This document shows, piece by piece, positions 12,940-25,959 of a stretch of DNA of 64,000 bases (positions are counted from its first letter, which is position 1; every line of letters starts with the position of its first letter). The position numbers and the translations under genes are program-made. Origin of the DNA: Chiloscyllium plagiosum (lineage: Eukaryota); assembly GCF_004010195.1 (NCBI RefSeq), contig NC_057750.1:3158761-3222760 (forward strand), read 5' to 3'. The notes under the pieces are model-generated. The model saw only the letters and a list, made by a program, of their open reading frames with translations, ran no database searches and was not told the origin of the DNA.

Positions 12940-13760
12940 TCACCTTCCGTTGCTGTCGCTCCCAGGCTGGGTCCAGCAACAGGTCGCGGTCCCAATCCTC
13001 CTCGGGCTGCATGTAGTCCCCATGGTTGGGCTGCTGCAACTGCGAGTTGGCTTCGTGATAGTCGACCATGTCCGGTGCGAGCAATAGAGTTTGAAAGGGG
13101 TGGGGAGGAGGGGAGGGAGGAGGGAAAGAAGCAGAAAAATCAATGCAAGGCTCCACCAGGTGTGGCAAACCGGGAGGAGAAAAAGTCACCAGAGAGCGGC
13201 GCGGTTTCAATCACGATCCGCCGTCGTCTCGACAAATGCCGATGCAAACACGCACGGAGAAAGAGGGTGGGCAAGCACAGCGAGCTTCGACCGGAAGCTT
13301 CTTTTCTTTTCTTTTTCCTCTTTGCCCCGGGTTCGGTTATTGTGCGAGATGAGAGGGTCCGAGACGCGATCCTTCTCCAGCGGCCGCTCGCTCTCCGTCT
13401 GTCTGCCCTCGCGCTCCGCTTCTTGTGCCTCCCCCCACTTCCGCCGTCTCGCTCGCTCGCGCAAGCGCGCGCAGCTCGCCCTCAAACTCAAAAGAAAACG
13501 GTCGCGGCTGGGGCGGGGCACCTCGGCGCCAACGCGCCTGCGCGTGACTGTTCTCCGCTCCCTCCCTCCCCCTCCTCGCACTCTTCCCCACCCTCCCCGG
13601 CCGAAACCCACGACTGCAATTCTGCGCCTGCGCATTTCTCCCACCTCAAGGCCATGGGCGGGATTTTGTCGTTGTAGGCGTCGACCGTTTCTGGCCCGTC
13701 CCTCCCCTTATTGCCCCCGAGGGCAGGTAAGAGTTAAACGCGTCTAAAGGAGTGGTGCCC
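12940..13760. promoter_or_regulatory. CpG island / promoter and 5' UTR of the actinin gene
   Basis: Abrupt GC- and CpG-rich segment in CpG-poor DNA; GC box GGGGCGGGG 13510-13518; NRF1-type TGCGCCTGCGCA 13623-13634 and ACGCGCCTGCGCGT 13532-13545; ETS-type CCGGAAG 13291-13297 and CACTTCCG ~13436; no minus-strand ATG between 13070 and 13632. Confidence 0.8.
12944..13069 (-). CDS. ACTN4: Alpha-actinin (ACTN4-like) coding exon 1, 42 codons, phase 0
   Basis: Translates [42 protein letters not shown], the alpha-actinin N-terminal motif (MVDYH start as in ACTN4). ATG in strong context (GGACATGG); ends at AAG|GTGAGT donor, the conserved exon-1 boundary after QQRK. Exon 2 (TFTAWCNSHLRK) not seen in 1-12943. 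Confidence 0.9.
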
Positions 13761-14049
13761 CTAACAAATAGAAATCGCTGGAGGAGACTTGGCAGGTGTG
13801 GAGAGACGGGGTTGGGAAAATAAAAGTTAACGTTTAGAGAGTCCAGTGACACCCTTCTGATCAAGGTTCAAATCCCACCAGTTTCTTAGATGCTAACAGG
13901 TTGATTTAAAGCAATAAAAACAACAAAAAAATTGTGCTTCCAGCAGCATCTGTGGAGATGGAGCGGTGTTAAAATTTCGGGTACAGTGATACCTTTAATC
14001 ACCCTGTTCTGAAGTATCACCCGCCTGTGGTTCTGGAGTCACATGTCGA

Positions 14050-15760
14050 TCATAACATATCAGAATTAGGCCATTTGGCCCATTGAGACTGCTCCACCAT
14101 TCGATCTTGGTTGATATGTTTCTAAATCTCGTTCTACTGGCTTTTCCGCCTAACCCTTGATCTCCTTACCAATCAAGTACCTATCTATCTCAGTCTTAAA
14201 GGCAATCAACTAATGGCCTTTGCAGCGTTTCTTTGTCAATGAGTTTCACAGATTCATCACTGTCTGGCTAAAGAAATTCCTCATCTTCCCACTCTTAAAG
14301 TTCCTTTCATTCGGGTCCTAATCCCTCCTACAAGTGGAAATATCTTCTTCGTGTCCACTCTATTCAGTATTCTGAACATTTGATAAAACTGTCTGTCCTT
14401 GTCCTAAACTCAATGAAGTACAGACGAGGAATCCTCAACCACTCTTCATATGACAAGTCCATCATTCCAACTGAGTAAGGTGGGTAATTATCTTCCCTCA
14501 AGGGCATTAGTGAAGCAAGTTTTTTTTCTGACAATTGGCAAATTTCATGGTCATCATTAGACCCCAATTCCAGTTTTTTTGTATTGAATTCAAATACCAC
14601 CATCTATCATGGTGAGATTTGAACCCCATTCCCCAGGACATTAGCAGAGACTCTGAAGCAGCGTCTTGAAACATTAACCCTGCTTTCTCTCAATTGATGC
14701 TGCCAGACCTGAGTTTCTTCAGCAATTTCTGTTTTTCTGTCAGGTCTTCTTCACCATGATGTTTTGTTTTATCCCCAGAACATTTCCTGAGTGTCTGCAT
14801 CAGTATTCTAGTGATAATACCACAAGAATATCAGCTTCCATTGTAGCTCCCACCCAATATTTGAGGAGCAGTGATCTTGTTGCCTATTTCAAGGTGAGCA
14901 GCTGTGTGGAGGCAAGTAGCCCACGAGGGAAACATTCTCAACATTTCTCCTGTCAAGCCCTTTAAGGATGCTATCTGTTTCAATTAGATTAGCTCTCATT
15001 CTAAATTCCAAGGAGTAGAATCCCAACCTGTTTAGCCTTTGCTTATTAGACAATCCCCCCCACATCAGGGATCATCCAAGTGCACCATCTTTGAACTTGC
15101 CCCATGAAATGATATCCTTCCTTACATAAGGTGACCAAAACTTACAGTACTCTAGGTGTGATCACACCAGCGCCTTGTACAGTTGCAGCAAGGCTTCCCT
15201 ATTTTTATACTCTAACCCTCTTGAAATGAAGGCCAACCTTCCACTACCCTTCCTGTGCTGCTGCCTCTTTGTGTGCTAGCTTTCTGTATTTCATGTAATA
15301 GTACCCCCAATTCCTCTCTGTTACAGTTTTCTGCAGTTTTTCTCCATTTAAAGAATATTCTGTTTTGTTCTCTGTTCCAAAATGAGCAACCCCAGCAACT
15401 TTTTCCTCTTCAGATAATTACCTGTACTCTTTTGAATGAATTTGCCACTGTACTCTCAGACAGTACGTTTCACACAATTGCCAATCACTACCTAAAAAGG
15501 TTTTACCCCTTGCTAATTTTACTTCTTTTGCCAATCATGTTAAGCTGGTGTCCTCTGGTTGTCAATCCTTCTACCACCAGGAACAGTTTCTTAAAATCTA
15601 CTCTGTCAAAATCCCTCATGATATGAATAGGTAGAGTTTAGAAGGGTATGGGCCAAGTGCTAGCAAATGGCACTAGATTAGTTTAGGATATGTGGTCGGC
15701 GTGGACGAGTTGGACCAAAGTATCTGTTTCCGTGCTGTACATCTCTATAATTCTATGATT
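14050..15760. mobile_element. Cluster of decayed CR1-type fragments and SINE/PLE remnants
   Basis: Similarity by eye to CR1 3' ends elsewhere in window (15625-15760 plus; 14050-14470 and 14900-15260 minus); PLE family D remnant ~14652-14740. Confidence 0.5.
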
Positions 15761-16451
15761 TTGAACATTCCATCAAACTGTCTCAGCCACCTCCTCTCCA
15801 AGGAGAACAACATCAGCTTTTCCAAACAATCTGTCTTCCAACCTTTGCCTCCATGCTGATGAGTGAGATCAGTGGCTTGAGTGGTTTGTCTTATCAGAAA
15901 TGAAATTTGCAACTGGAACAAACCAAGATAACTTTGAAAGTAACAGGACAAGTTCATAAAGTTGTTTCTTTTCCATGACATCTTTGGTTTTATAAATAGG
16001 AACATTAAAATATAAACTCATGAAAGTTACCATTAAAACTTTGAAAATTAAGTTTTAGACTATTGTGTCTGCACACTGAGATGTCAAGACCTAAAGGTTT
16101 CAGAGGTGATTTACAATACTAGTACCAGGTTTGATGGACTCCGAGTGTATGAAAACTGGAGTATCTGGGACTTTTAAAACATTTGATCACAGGATATGGG
16201 CATCACTGGCAAGGCCAGTGTTTATCGCCCATCCCATTTTCACCCTGGAGAAGGTGGTGATGTAATTTTGATTTGATTCCAGGACTTTGAACAGCGATGA
16301 TAAAGGAATGACAATAGATTTCCAAATTAGGATAACGTGTGATTTGGAGAAGAATTTGTAGAGGGTAGTGTTCCTATCTGTCTTTGTCACTGTCCTTCAA
16401 GATAGTACAGATCACTGGCTTGGAAGAGGCTGTGGAAGGAGCCTTGGGGAC

Positions 16452-16710
16452 GTCATAGAATCCCTACAGTGTGGAAACAGGCCATGTGGCCCAACAAATC
16501 CACACCAACCTTCCAAAGAGTATCCCACTCAGACCCATTCCCTACCCTATTACTTTACATTTCCCCTGACTACTGCACCTAATCTACACACCCCTGAACA
16601 CTATAGGCAATTTAGCACAGCTAGTTCACTTAACCTGCGCATCTTTGGATTGTGGGGGGAAACTGGAGCACTCGAGGAAACCCACGCTGATACAGGGAGA
16701 ATGTGCTAAT
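16452..16710 (-). mobile_element. HE1-like SINE, 5'-truncated
   Basis: Matches body and tail of 54246-54562. Confidence 0.75.
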
Positions 16711-17196
16711 TCCAGACTTGTTGTAGTGCATCTCATAAATTGTACACACTGTGTAATTATAATGAATAATTCAAGTCAGAAACAGACTATTTGGCCTAAC
16801 TATCCTGTTGTTACAAGTATGTTCTATAGAACCTTCTAAATCCTCAACTATTTCCATCTCAAAGGGCAAGTTCAACAGAGACATGGAAACACCATCACCT
16901 GCAGGTTCCCCTCCAAATCACTCACCATTCTGACTTGAAATATATCGCCATCTCTTCAGTGTTCTTCATATACTCGGAGTTCCTCAAACTTGGTACCAGT
17001 CTAGCAAATCTCCTCTGAAACCTTTAGGTTAAGTATGCCCTCCGTAACGGCATTGTGAGTCTACCTACAGGACAAGGACTTAGGAACATAGGAGTAAAGT
17101 AGGCCATTCAGCCCCTTGAGCCTGCTCTGCCATTCAATAATATCATGGCTGATCAGTGACCTAGCTCAATATATCTGCCTTTGGCCTATACCCCTT

Positions 17197-17533
17197 AGAT
17201 TAGATTACTTACAGTGTGGAAACAGACCCTTCAGCCCAACAAGTCTACACCAGTCCTCCGAAGAGCAACCCACCCAGACCCATTCCCCTACATTTACCCC
17301 TTCACCTAACACTACGGGCAATTTAGCATGGCCAATTCACCTAACCTGCACATTTTTGGACTGTGGGAGGAAACCGGAGCACCCGGAGGAAACCCATGCA
17401 GACACGGAGAGAATATGCAAACTCCACACAGACAGTTGCTTGAGGCAGGAATTGAACCCGGGTCTCTGGCGCTGTGAGGCAGCAGTGCTAACCACTGTGC
17501 CACCGTGCCACCCATTGTGCCACTGTGCTGCCC
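17197..17533 (-). mobile_element. HE1-like tRNA-derived SINE, full length
   Basis: Reverse strand has A box TGGCACAGTGG, B box GGTTCAATTCC and (TCTAA)n tail; short duplication of the 5' end at ~17513-17533. Confidence 0.85.
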
Positions 17534-17534
17534 A

Positions 17535-18590
17535 TACACCATTGTTAACAAAAAAATTATCTATCTCTGATTTAAAACTAATAACTTAGATAGCATCAAC
17601 TGTCATTTGTGGAAGAGAGATCAAAACCAAATTCTAAAGTGCATCCAAACATCTCTCCTGAACAGTCTGGCTCTAATTTTTAAATTCTGCCCCAATTTTA
17701 GACCCCAACTGGTGGAAATAGTTTATCTTTAGCTGTCTGTCTTTTCCTTGTAATATCTTGAAGACTTCAATCAAATCATCCCTTAATCTTTTAAATTCTA
17801 GAGAAAACAGGCCCAATTTGTATAATTACTCCTCATAACTTAACCAGTGAAATCCAGATTTCATTCTTGTAAACCTACATTTGTACTCGCTCCAAGCCCA
17901 ATTGAACCTTCCTGAGATATGGTGCTGGGATCTGCTCTCAGTAGTCCAAGTAGGATCTAAACAGGATGTTCTATAGTTGTAGTATATCTTCTGAATCCTT
18001 ATACTCCAGTCCTCTAGGTAACCCAGCTGCCTTGATTATTTTCTGCATATTTGTGGCATTTTAAAGATCTATGTACCAGAAGCCCTAGTCTCTTTGGATT
18101 TCCATTGTATTTAATTTAATACCATGCAGAAAATAGCTTAATCTATCCATTATCAATTCAAAATGGATAACCTCACCCTTGTTTACGTTGAACTTCATCT
18201 GCCACAGTTTACATGTACAATATTCCTTTTGTAATTTTATTCAATACATGTCTACAATGCTACCTCACTTTGTGTCTCCACATATTTGGATATATGACTT
18301 TCTATGCCATTATTCAAGTCATTAATGGATAATGTGAGTAATTGATGCCCTATCACAGATCCTTGTGGGACACCATTGGTCACATCCTGCCAATTTGAGA
18401 ACTTACCCATTATCCCTACTTTCTGTCACCTGCCACTCAACCAATTTCCTAATCATGTCAGTAATTTGCTGTCAATCCTGTGGGCTTCTCCCTCAGTTAA
18501 CAGTCTCAATCATATGCTTCTGGAGGTTCATATAAACAAACATCCATAGACATTTTCCTGTCTACAACCTTAAGTCACCTCCTCAAAAAA
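17535..18590 (-). mobile_element. Old CR1 fragment (host of the SINE; 3' end at ~17085-17195)
   Basis: Reverse strand carries decayed GVPQGS.LG, DD and LEYC motifs. Confidence 0.6.
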
Positions 18591-19264
18591 TTTGCTGCAG
18601 CAGTTCAAGAAGGCAGCTCACCATCACCTTTTCATGGGCAATAAGAGATTGTTCAATAAATGCTGGCTCAGCCAGTGATGCCTTCATCCCATAAGTGAAC
18701 TTTTCAAAAATCCCTTCCTAAGCCAACTTACTCATGTCAGCTTTTAAAATTTTCTCTATTCCTTTTCTTTCAGTTCCTTTTAAAGGTTTAAAACTATTTG
18801 TCTCAAAAATTCCTGTCGTACTGCATTTTATATTCTTTACGTACATCCCTTTTTTTCTGGTTTTGTTATTATGTATCTTGTACTTAGGGGTTCTAGTTTG
18901 GGATTCCCTCAGCAGTGGAAATGTTTCACATCTAACCTATCCATCCCTTTAAAATCTCTTAAGTCTTTCCAAAGAAGAAAGTATGATTAGTCTTCCCCAA
19001 AGCTGTAATCTCATTTCTGCTACCTCCTTTTAGATTTGCTACCTCTGACTCTAAACTAGAAAACCTAAACTCTTCCCCCAAAAGGCTGTGGAGACTGGAT
19101 CATTTTAAATTTTCAAGAATGAGTTTGAGAGGTGTTAAGTTAAAAATCAAGGCTTATTTAATGGAGTTGTGGTAAAGATTAGCTATGGTCTAAATGAAAT
19201 ATGATAGAACAATCTCCAGCATGGTTCTGAATAATATCTGCATGTTATTGATTGTTATTTATCA

Positions 19265-19524
19265 GTGTCGAAGAGTGTGGTGCTGGAAAAGCACAGCAGG
19301 TCAGGCAGCATCCGAGGAGCAGGAAAATCAATGACCCTCCACCCAAAACCACCCCCTCCCATTTATCTCTCAGCCACCTTGGTCCACAAGCCTCATTCCT
19401 GATGAAGGCCTCATGCCTGAAACGTCAACTCCCCTGTTCTATGGATGCTGCCTGATCAGCTGTGCTTTTCCAGCACCACACTCTTTGACTCTGATCTCCA
19501 GCATCTGCAGTTCTCACTTTCTCC
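19265..19524 (+). mobile_element. Family A PLE fold-back insertion with intact hammerhead core
   Basis: Inverted arm 19265-19332, forward copy with tail; TSD ATTGTTATTTATCA 19251-19264 and 19525-19538. Confidence 0.85.
19395..19430 (+). ncRNA. Minimal type-I hammerhead ribozyme motif
   Basis: CTGATGA 19399-19405, stem II AGGC/GCCT, GAAA 19419-19422, palindromic ACGT, predicted cleavage after C19426; stem I weak. Confidence 0.6.
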
Positions 19525-22198
19525 ATTGTTATTTATCAACCTAGGTTATCCTCATACGTACCTTTAATACCTCTCAACCTCAGTTTTCAGTCCTGGCTGA
19601 TCTCCCTGCCCTCCATAAGTAAATCCTGCTTACTTATACCAAATTTAGTTTACCCATCAGTTGTTCTACCTCTCTTTCCTTCTTTAAAACTCTGTACTAA
19701 TTACTCTTCTGACCAAGCTTTTCATCATCTGACCTCATATCAGCTTACATTGCCCAGGTCCACCTTTGCTTTACAGTGCTCCTATGAAGTGTCTTAGGAA
19801 AATTTATTGTGTTACATTGGATAATGCCAAGCTTGGTTTTCAAAAGCCTGTAGGATTTGTTTTATCACTTCCCCTTTCCTTGGATTATTATTTAATATGT
19901 GAAGCAGGATGAGACATGTGTGTGTATCTTCTTCCAAAATGTACTCAGTGAGAGCTCTGTGATTAGCCTGAAGAAAGAAGACAGTTTATTGAAGTCCTAG
20001 CATCCAGACTTACAAGGATCCAATTATTGTTTAAAGGCAGGTGGAGTGATGCAAAGCACACAGACAGCAAAAGAGTTTAGATTACCCACGAACTCTGGAC
20101 AAACTGACAAAGACTGTCGAATCTTCAAAATAAGTAAAACTGCCACTTGGATTCACTATCAGTCTGCAGATTAGTGAACATCTATGGCCCAGTTCTAACT
20201 GATCTTGGGGTCAGTAAATCACAGCAAAAGCAGACTGGCATATTTGAAATTTGGAAAGAGTAAAGAAAAGAATTGGATTATACTCCTGATAATCTGTTCA
20301 CTGTGTAACAAGGATTTGTTTGAGTATGTGATTCATCTCTGGCAGTGCAAAATCATGGTTTGCAAAGTCATTGAAAACATTATGTCTCATGCTGGAATAC
20401 TGTCATTGGGGAAATAAATTGACTTATTTCAGGAATTTTGTTCTTTCCTCCCCCTTAGCTGTCATCTTTTTGCTGTCTCTTTTGTACTGAGGTTTCTGAA
20501 TAGCTCATTACAGACTGAGTTGTCTGGACAATACCCAAATGCATGGCAGACTCAACCCAAGGAATATACAAAATAAAAAGCCACCAGGACAGATGCACAT
20601 TCTTTTTATGTATATTGAAATAGTTCTACATTTGTAATAATGACCTGCTTATAATATCTGGTCTAAATAAACATCCCACTATTGTGACTGTCTGTTATAA
20701 TATTCATTAGCAGAAATCTTGGCAGGATCATCATGCTGCTGTCAGGTTTATTATTAAATTTACCATCAGGTTATGATTAAAGGTTCGGATTATAAACAGT
20801 CAAGCTCCAATGTTTAGAATCATCCAGTTTCTTTTGCATCCCATTCTGCTTTTCTCATATGACATTTACAAGTTTAAAAGGACCTTTTAGATTACACATG
20901 GTCATGCATAGATTTGCCAACTTTGTTGAGGTATTTCAGGTGGCTGGATCACAGGTCACCTGATCATGTGACAGCTGGTCAGGTGATATGCAATCACAAC
21001 ACCCACAAATATTAATGTGCTTACCTTATAAAATTCATGTCTACTGCAATTGATTATCTTTGTAAGTTCTTGACAATAACTAGAAGTTCTGAGAACCAGG
21101 AGGAGATATGTCAGTTGACGAAGCTAAAATCAAAACAAAAAATCGAATCGAAAGGGAATGGATTCATAGGGAGAAAACCAGCAATATAGAGGTACTTTGA
21201 TTCATATTAATAAAGTTAACAGTCAGGTTCCTTTAGTAACTAACACTAATACAATTGGTGGTCTGTATGTAACATAGTAATAGATGCAAGGCTCAAATAA
21301 AAATTAGTAGTAATCTTCAATTCACTGCTCAATAGCAAATCCTTCCCACTGAATTGATCTCCTGCATAGGTAGGGCAAGGAGACAGATCCCATATTGGCA
21401 TTTTTTTGGAAGGATTTACAAGTTGATCTCAACCTATTTGGCCACGTCATGAATGCCTCTTTTGTGGTATCATGTCTTGGAGTGGGACTTGACTACAGCT
21501 TCAGGCTCAGAGGTAGAAACAGTACTTGTTGTGTTGCCATTAATGTTAAAAAACAAACTCACTGACAATTATCCTGTAACCTGAGCTAGATTTAGTTGAC
21601 ACTACACTAGGTATGGTCAGAGTTCCTAGCCAAGCCACTGTTAAAAGGGTCCCACCTCTCAGCCTGTCTGTTAAATGGGAGAAACTGTCAAGAAATCAAA
21701 GGAATAAAAAGAGAATTTTAGAGATAATCAGCAGATGAAGAAATCATATTAAACATGAATTTTGTTTCTCTCACCACATTTGCTGCAGGACCTACTGTTG
21801 TTCTCCAGCAGTTTGTTTCCATCTCAGATTTCCAGCCATCATATAACTTCATTTTTAGTCAATATAATAAGAGACATAGTTAAAACATGACATTTCATAT
21901 CTTTGCTGTGACTGTTTGTCGAAACAGCACTTATTATGTTGCACACTGAGTTCTCTTTGTTTTTCACTCCCATCCTCATTGTCTCATACTGCCTATCTGT
22001 TCCTCAACATACAATATTAAGTTTGAGCTACTTATCATCATCTTCAATCTATAACTTGTATTTTAGATCAAATATTAAATCAGGCTGAATATGCCTGTTT
22101 CATTTAAAACAAAATAAAATTAATTTGCATCTTCATTGAAGAAGAACAAAGAAATCTGGGGACATGGCTAATTTTCATCCTCATCTACATGTTAGTTG

Positions 22199-22323
22199 CT
22201 GATGAAGGGCTTTTGTCCGAATGTCGATTTTCCTGCTTCTCTGATGCTGCCTGACCCACTGTGCTTTTCCAGCATCACTCTAATCTTGACTCTAATCTCC
22301 AGCATCTGCAGTCCCACTTCCGC
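22199..22323 (+). mobile_element. Minimal 125-bp family A insertion starting at the hammerhead core
   Basis: Begins CTGATGAAGGGC, ends with family tail; TSD CTACATGTTAGTTG 22185-22198 and 22324-22337. Confidence 0.85.
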
Positions 22324-23759
22324 CTACATGTTAGTTGTATCAGTTGAAGTTAAGCACATACAGGTGGGAGCTTTGAGTGCATATATACATTCACTTACAG
22401 AGAGCTCAGTGATGGTGTCCCTACCTGTGAGCCATGTCATCTAGGTTCAAGCCCTACCATTTCCAGAGGTGTGTAATAACATCACTGAATAGGTTGATTA
22501 AAAAATAGTTCTACATTTACTGATACAAGAGTAGAGTTAGGAGATATATATTTGTAATGTTTCATTCTGTGAATAAACATATTCCAAGACTGGTTCTGGT
22601 TTCATCATTCACCATTTAGCTTCTGGACCACAACAACAGATAGTGAACTGGATATCAAGCCCTGCTATTCCCAGCATCCTCATCACAAAAGTTAAAGATT
22701 TTTTACAACTATGCAGAAGTTGCCAGGCTCAGGGTGACAGAAAACATGGACAAGGTTTCTGTACTTAACAAGAATGACTATTTATTACAAATAAACAGAT
22801 TCTAGGTACAGTTACACAATCAATGTATAAATCTACTAGTTAAAACTCTAATCCACTTATAAACTCTCCTTACACACATTTGCACACGTACAGGAAGAAA
22901 AAAGCATGGATGTTATAGACACAAGGAAAACTGGAAAAGCTCTGTAGTTTCTGTTCACAGGATTGGAGTTTACAATGAGTGTTAAGATTACTTGCTTTCA
23001 CAACATGCAGTAATCCTTCAGCAGTCCTTAGCTTTAAAATAATTATTTTTCCATTGCAGTCAACAATTAAAAATACAGAAAAAACAATACTCCATCTTTA
23101 CACTATTAGAAATAAAATAACTTTTCATTCATCTCATTGCTCTTGGTATGACTTTGCTGGGCACAGATTGTTGCAAAACAATTTTCACCACCTTCAGGTA
23201 CCATGTCCTAAGATGGTGTTAGTGATTACCGACTTTCATTGGATTTACATTGGTCCATGATGATGCTTGATAAGATACGACAATGATGGTCATTGCTTTC
23301 TGCAGAATAGCTGACCAAGTAACTCCTCCTTTTACCCCTGTCACTTGATATATTGGAAGGATGTTCAGGCTGATAATCAACTGTTTGGTTATCAACACAC
23401 ACCACGGCCATTACTTCGTTGAGCTTCTGGCCTAAAGTAAGAGACAATACCTCTGTGCCCCAAGATGTCACAAAACAATTAGTACACTCAAAATTAATTG
23501 ATTGTTTGCAAAGCAATTTGTGACATGCAGAAGACATGAAATGTTGTTCAAATGTAATTATTTGGTGAGCAGGGCGGGTGAAGGTTGATAGTAATTTTGG
23601 CTCATTGAGTTTTTACATCAAATTGTGCACTGTGCAGAATAGAAAAGTCTGAGCTAGAGATTGAAGTATAGTAAAGCAATTTGAGATGAGCACCAAAGCA
23701 ACTGTAATATTAGATCAGTTGGCACTGGTACCACAGCTGATCATTGTTTCATGTTAGAG

Positions 23760-23801
23760 TGTAACAATTTAAGTATGTAGTGTAACAATTTAAGTATGTA
23801 G
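23760..23801 (+). repeat. Perfect 21-bp tandem duplication
   Basis: TGTAACAATTTAAGTATGTAG x2. Confidence 0.9.
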
Positions 23802-24571
23802 AGTAGCAGAGGGTTCTGCTTTTAATCACAGGGTAATCAACACATCTTCATTTCACAGACTTTGAGAAGCATTTCTGATGCAGTGATAGCCCACGGCGAT
23901 TTAAAGTTAACTGCAGCTGCTTTTGCCTTGTGTTTTATGGTGTGCTAATACCTTCAGCTCTCAATGCAGAGTCTCTTAGATTGGCAGCAATTCAAATGAA
24001 GTTTGCTGGATTTGTCAAAGTTATTGATTAGTGGGATCCAATAACAATCATATCTTGCCTGCTGATGATCTTAGTGAATTCATCAAATTGACTTGGGAAT
24101 TGCAAGTTGGTAGTTTATGCAAATTAACTGCTTAAATTTCTTATCTAATTCACTGTATTTGTATTTCACAAATTCTCCACTCCTGTCTTTTCTCTCTTTT
24201 TACATTTTTTACAAAACATTTTTTCCCATCACCAAATCACTCGTGATAGTATATTAAACAATTAAGCATCACCAATAAGTCACCCATTTTCCATTCTTGC
24301 TCTTAAGATATCAACTCAATAATCTAATATCCAGTAGTTCTAACTGCCTCACCTAAAGCATCAATTCACAGCGAATTCTATCCCACTTTATCCGATGTCT
24401 GCAAGACTGCATATCCATTGGGTTATAATCTGGATTTGAATTTGACTGAAAACTTAATTCTACCTTTAGCATTCTCACACTTGTTGGTGCATGTCACTGT
24501 CAGTACAGTAATCTACATTCATTGCCTGTGGTAGTGTGATCGCTGGAGCTGCCAAAGTAGAGATGTTGTTC

Positions 24572-24697
24572 TTCTGAAAAAGAATCATAGCAAACTCAAA
24601 ATGTTAATTCTGTTTCTCTCTCTACTGTCAGATTTCCTCCAGTACTTTCTGTGCTTGTTTCAGATTTCCAGTATCTGCAGTATTTTACTTTTATTAG
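24572..24697 (+). mobile_element. Decayed family D PLE-derived short element (related copies ~21730-21860, 13790-14000, 8395-8500)
   Basis: CTGAAAAAG...AAAATGTTAA then CAGATTTCCAGTATCTGCAGTATTTT tail, like 61942-62087. Confidence 0.5.
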
Positions 24698-25959
24698 AGG
24701 TGTGATTAACCTTGACCTGCCTCTTTAAAACAAATGCTCACATACTGCTTATAGATATTTTCCTAACCAATCTGTTCAGAGATGTTATTACACACCTCTG
24801 TAGCAAGTGAGACTTGAACCTGGGTGCTTGGCTCTCAGGTAGGAGCACATCTACTGCACGCAAGGGCTTCTTTGGTAAGTGGTACCAAAAGGCACAAACT
24901 GAGACTTGCTAGAGGTTAATTATTGAAAACAGATGCTTAATTGCAAGGTCAGAGTAAACAAACAGGAAATGATTAATTTTAATCGTCCGAATGCCTTTCA
25001 TACTTTGAAATGGCGTAACAGAAATATGTGCTCTGAACACCAGATTTGGGAGTATAAATAACTTCACAATTGCAGTAATGCAGTGAGTGATTACAGTTTT
25101 ACTGCATGCACTGTGTTTCCATATTTAGCATTTGTAAAACATTAGTGTAGTTTTGCTTCCTTTCCACCACAATTTATTTAAGTCAACATCTCAAATGCAA
25201 AGCAATAAAATTAACTAACATAATAGAAAATGTATGATTTTCACACAGAGATCTTTTTGGTGTGAAGACCAGTAATAGTCCTAGTGTGAGGAAATGTTTC
25301 ATATGTTCGCAGTAGCAATTCTTGGGAGTTTGAGCTGTCTCCTATAACTATAAATTTGTTCTCTATTTGTTAGCCAACATTTCCTTGGCTCATTGTCCAA
25401 CTCTATAGAATTTTTCTCTGCGTTATTCTCTTCCTTTCAACTTCAAAGGTCGCATTCACATGATCATTAGCTCTTCTTGTAGTTGAAGTGTCTTTTATGC
25501 CTGCAGGTGTTTCTTTGGTAGCAGAACATTCTTGCTTACAGTTTAACTGTGTCAATGTCTAACACATCTGCAGAGTAGAAAAATCCCAGTATCAATTACT
25601 GTTCAATTGATCTTAGGCAGGGCAACAGAAAAGTGCTACATTTGGCCCGAGGTCAGAGAATAGAATACATGCTCCTGATAGCTATTCGGTGGCCCCTACT
25701 AGGAATGCAAGTGTGAACATTTGAATGGAACAGGGAATTGACTGAGCAGTGTTGAGAAGTAGTTAAATTGCTACTTAGCACTTCCTGCCATTGTTGACAC
25801 TGAAATAATGGCTTTTTGTTTTGATTTACAACTGTTAATGGGTGAATGATGGTGGTGTAGTTGATTGAACAGCTTGAGAGGTTGGATGAGTGTAAGTAAA
25901 AGATGTTCTTTGAAGATAGTATTATTGATCTTGACCACCCACGTATGACCTGGGAGCCA

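Noticed and set aside
13070..13210. In-frame N-terminal extension of actinin from a near-cognate start
   Set aside because: Frame is open but has no ATG, weak contexts and no similarity to known actinins.
12889..13747. Long ORFs of 262, 218 and 145 aa over the CpG island
   Set aside because: Low-complexity Arg/Pro/Ala-rich products expected from GC-rich, stop-poor DNA; no recognisable domain.
19849..20705. Possible solo LTR (also ~22710-23200)
   Set aside because: Could not identify matching TG..CA termini with a TSD.
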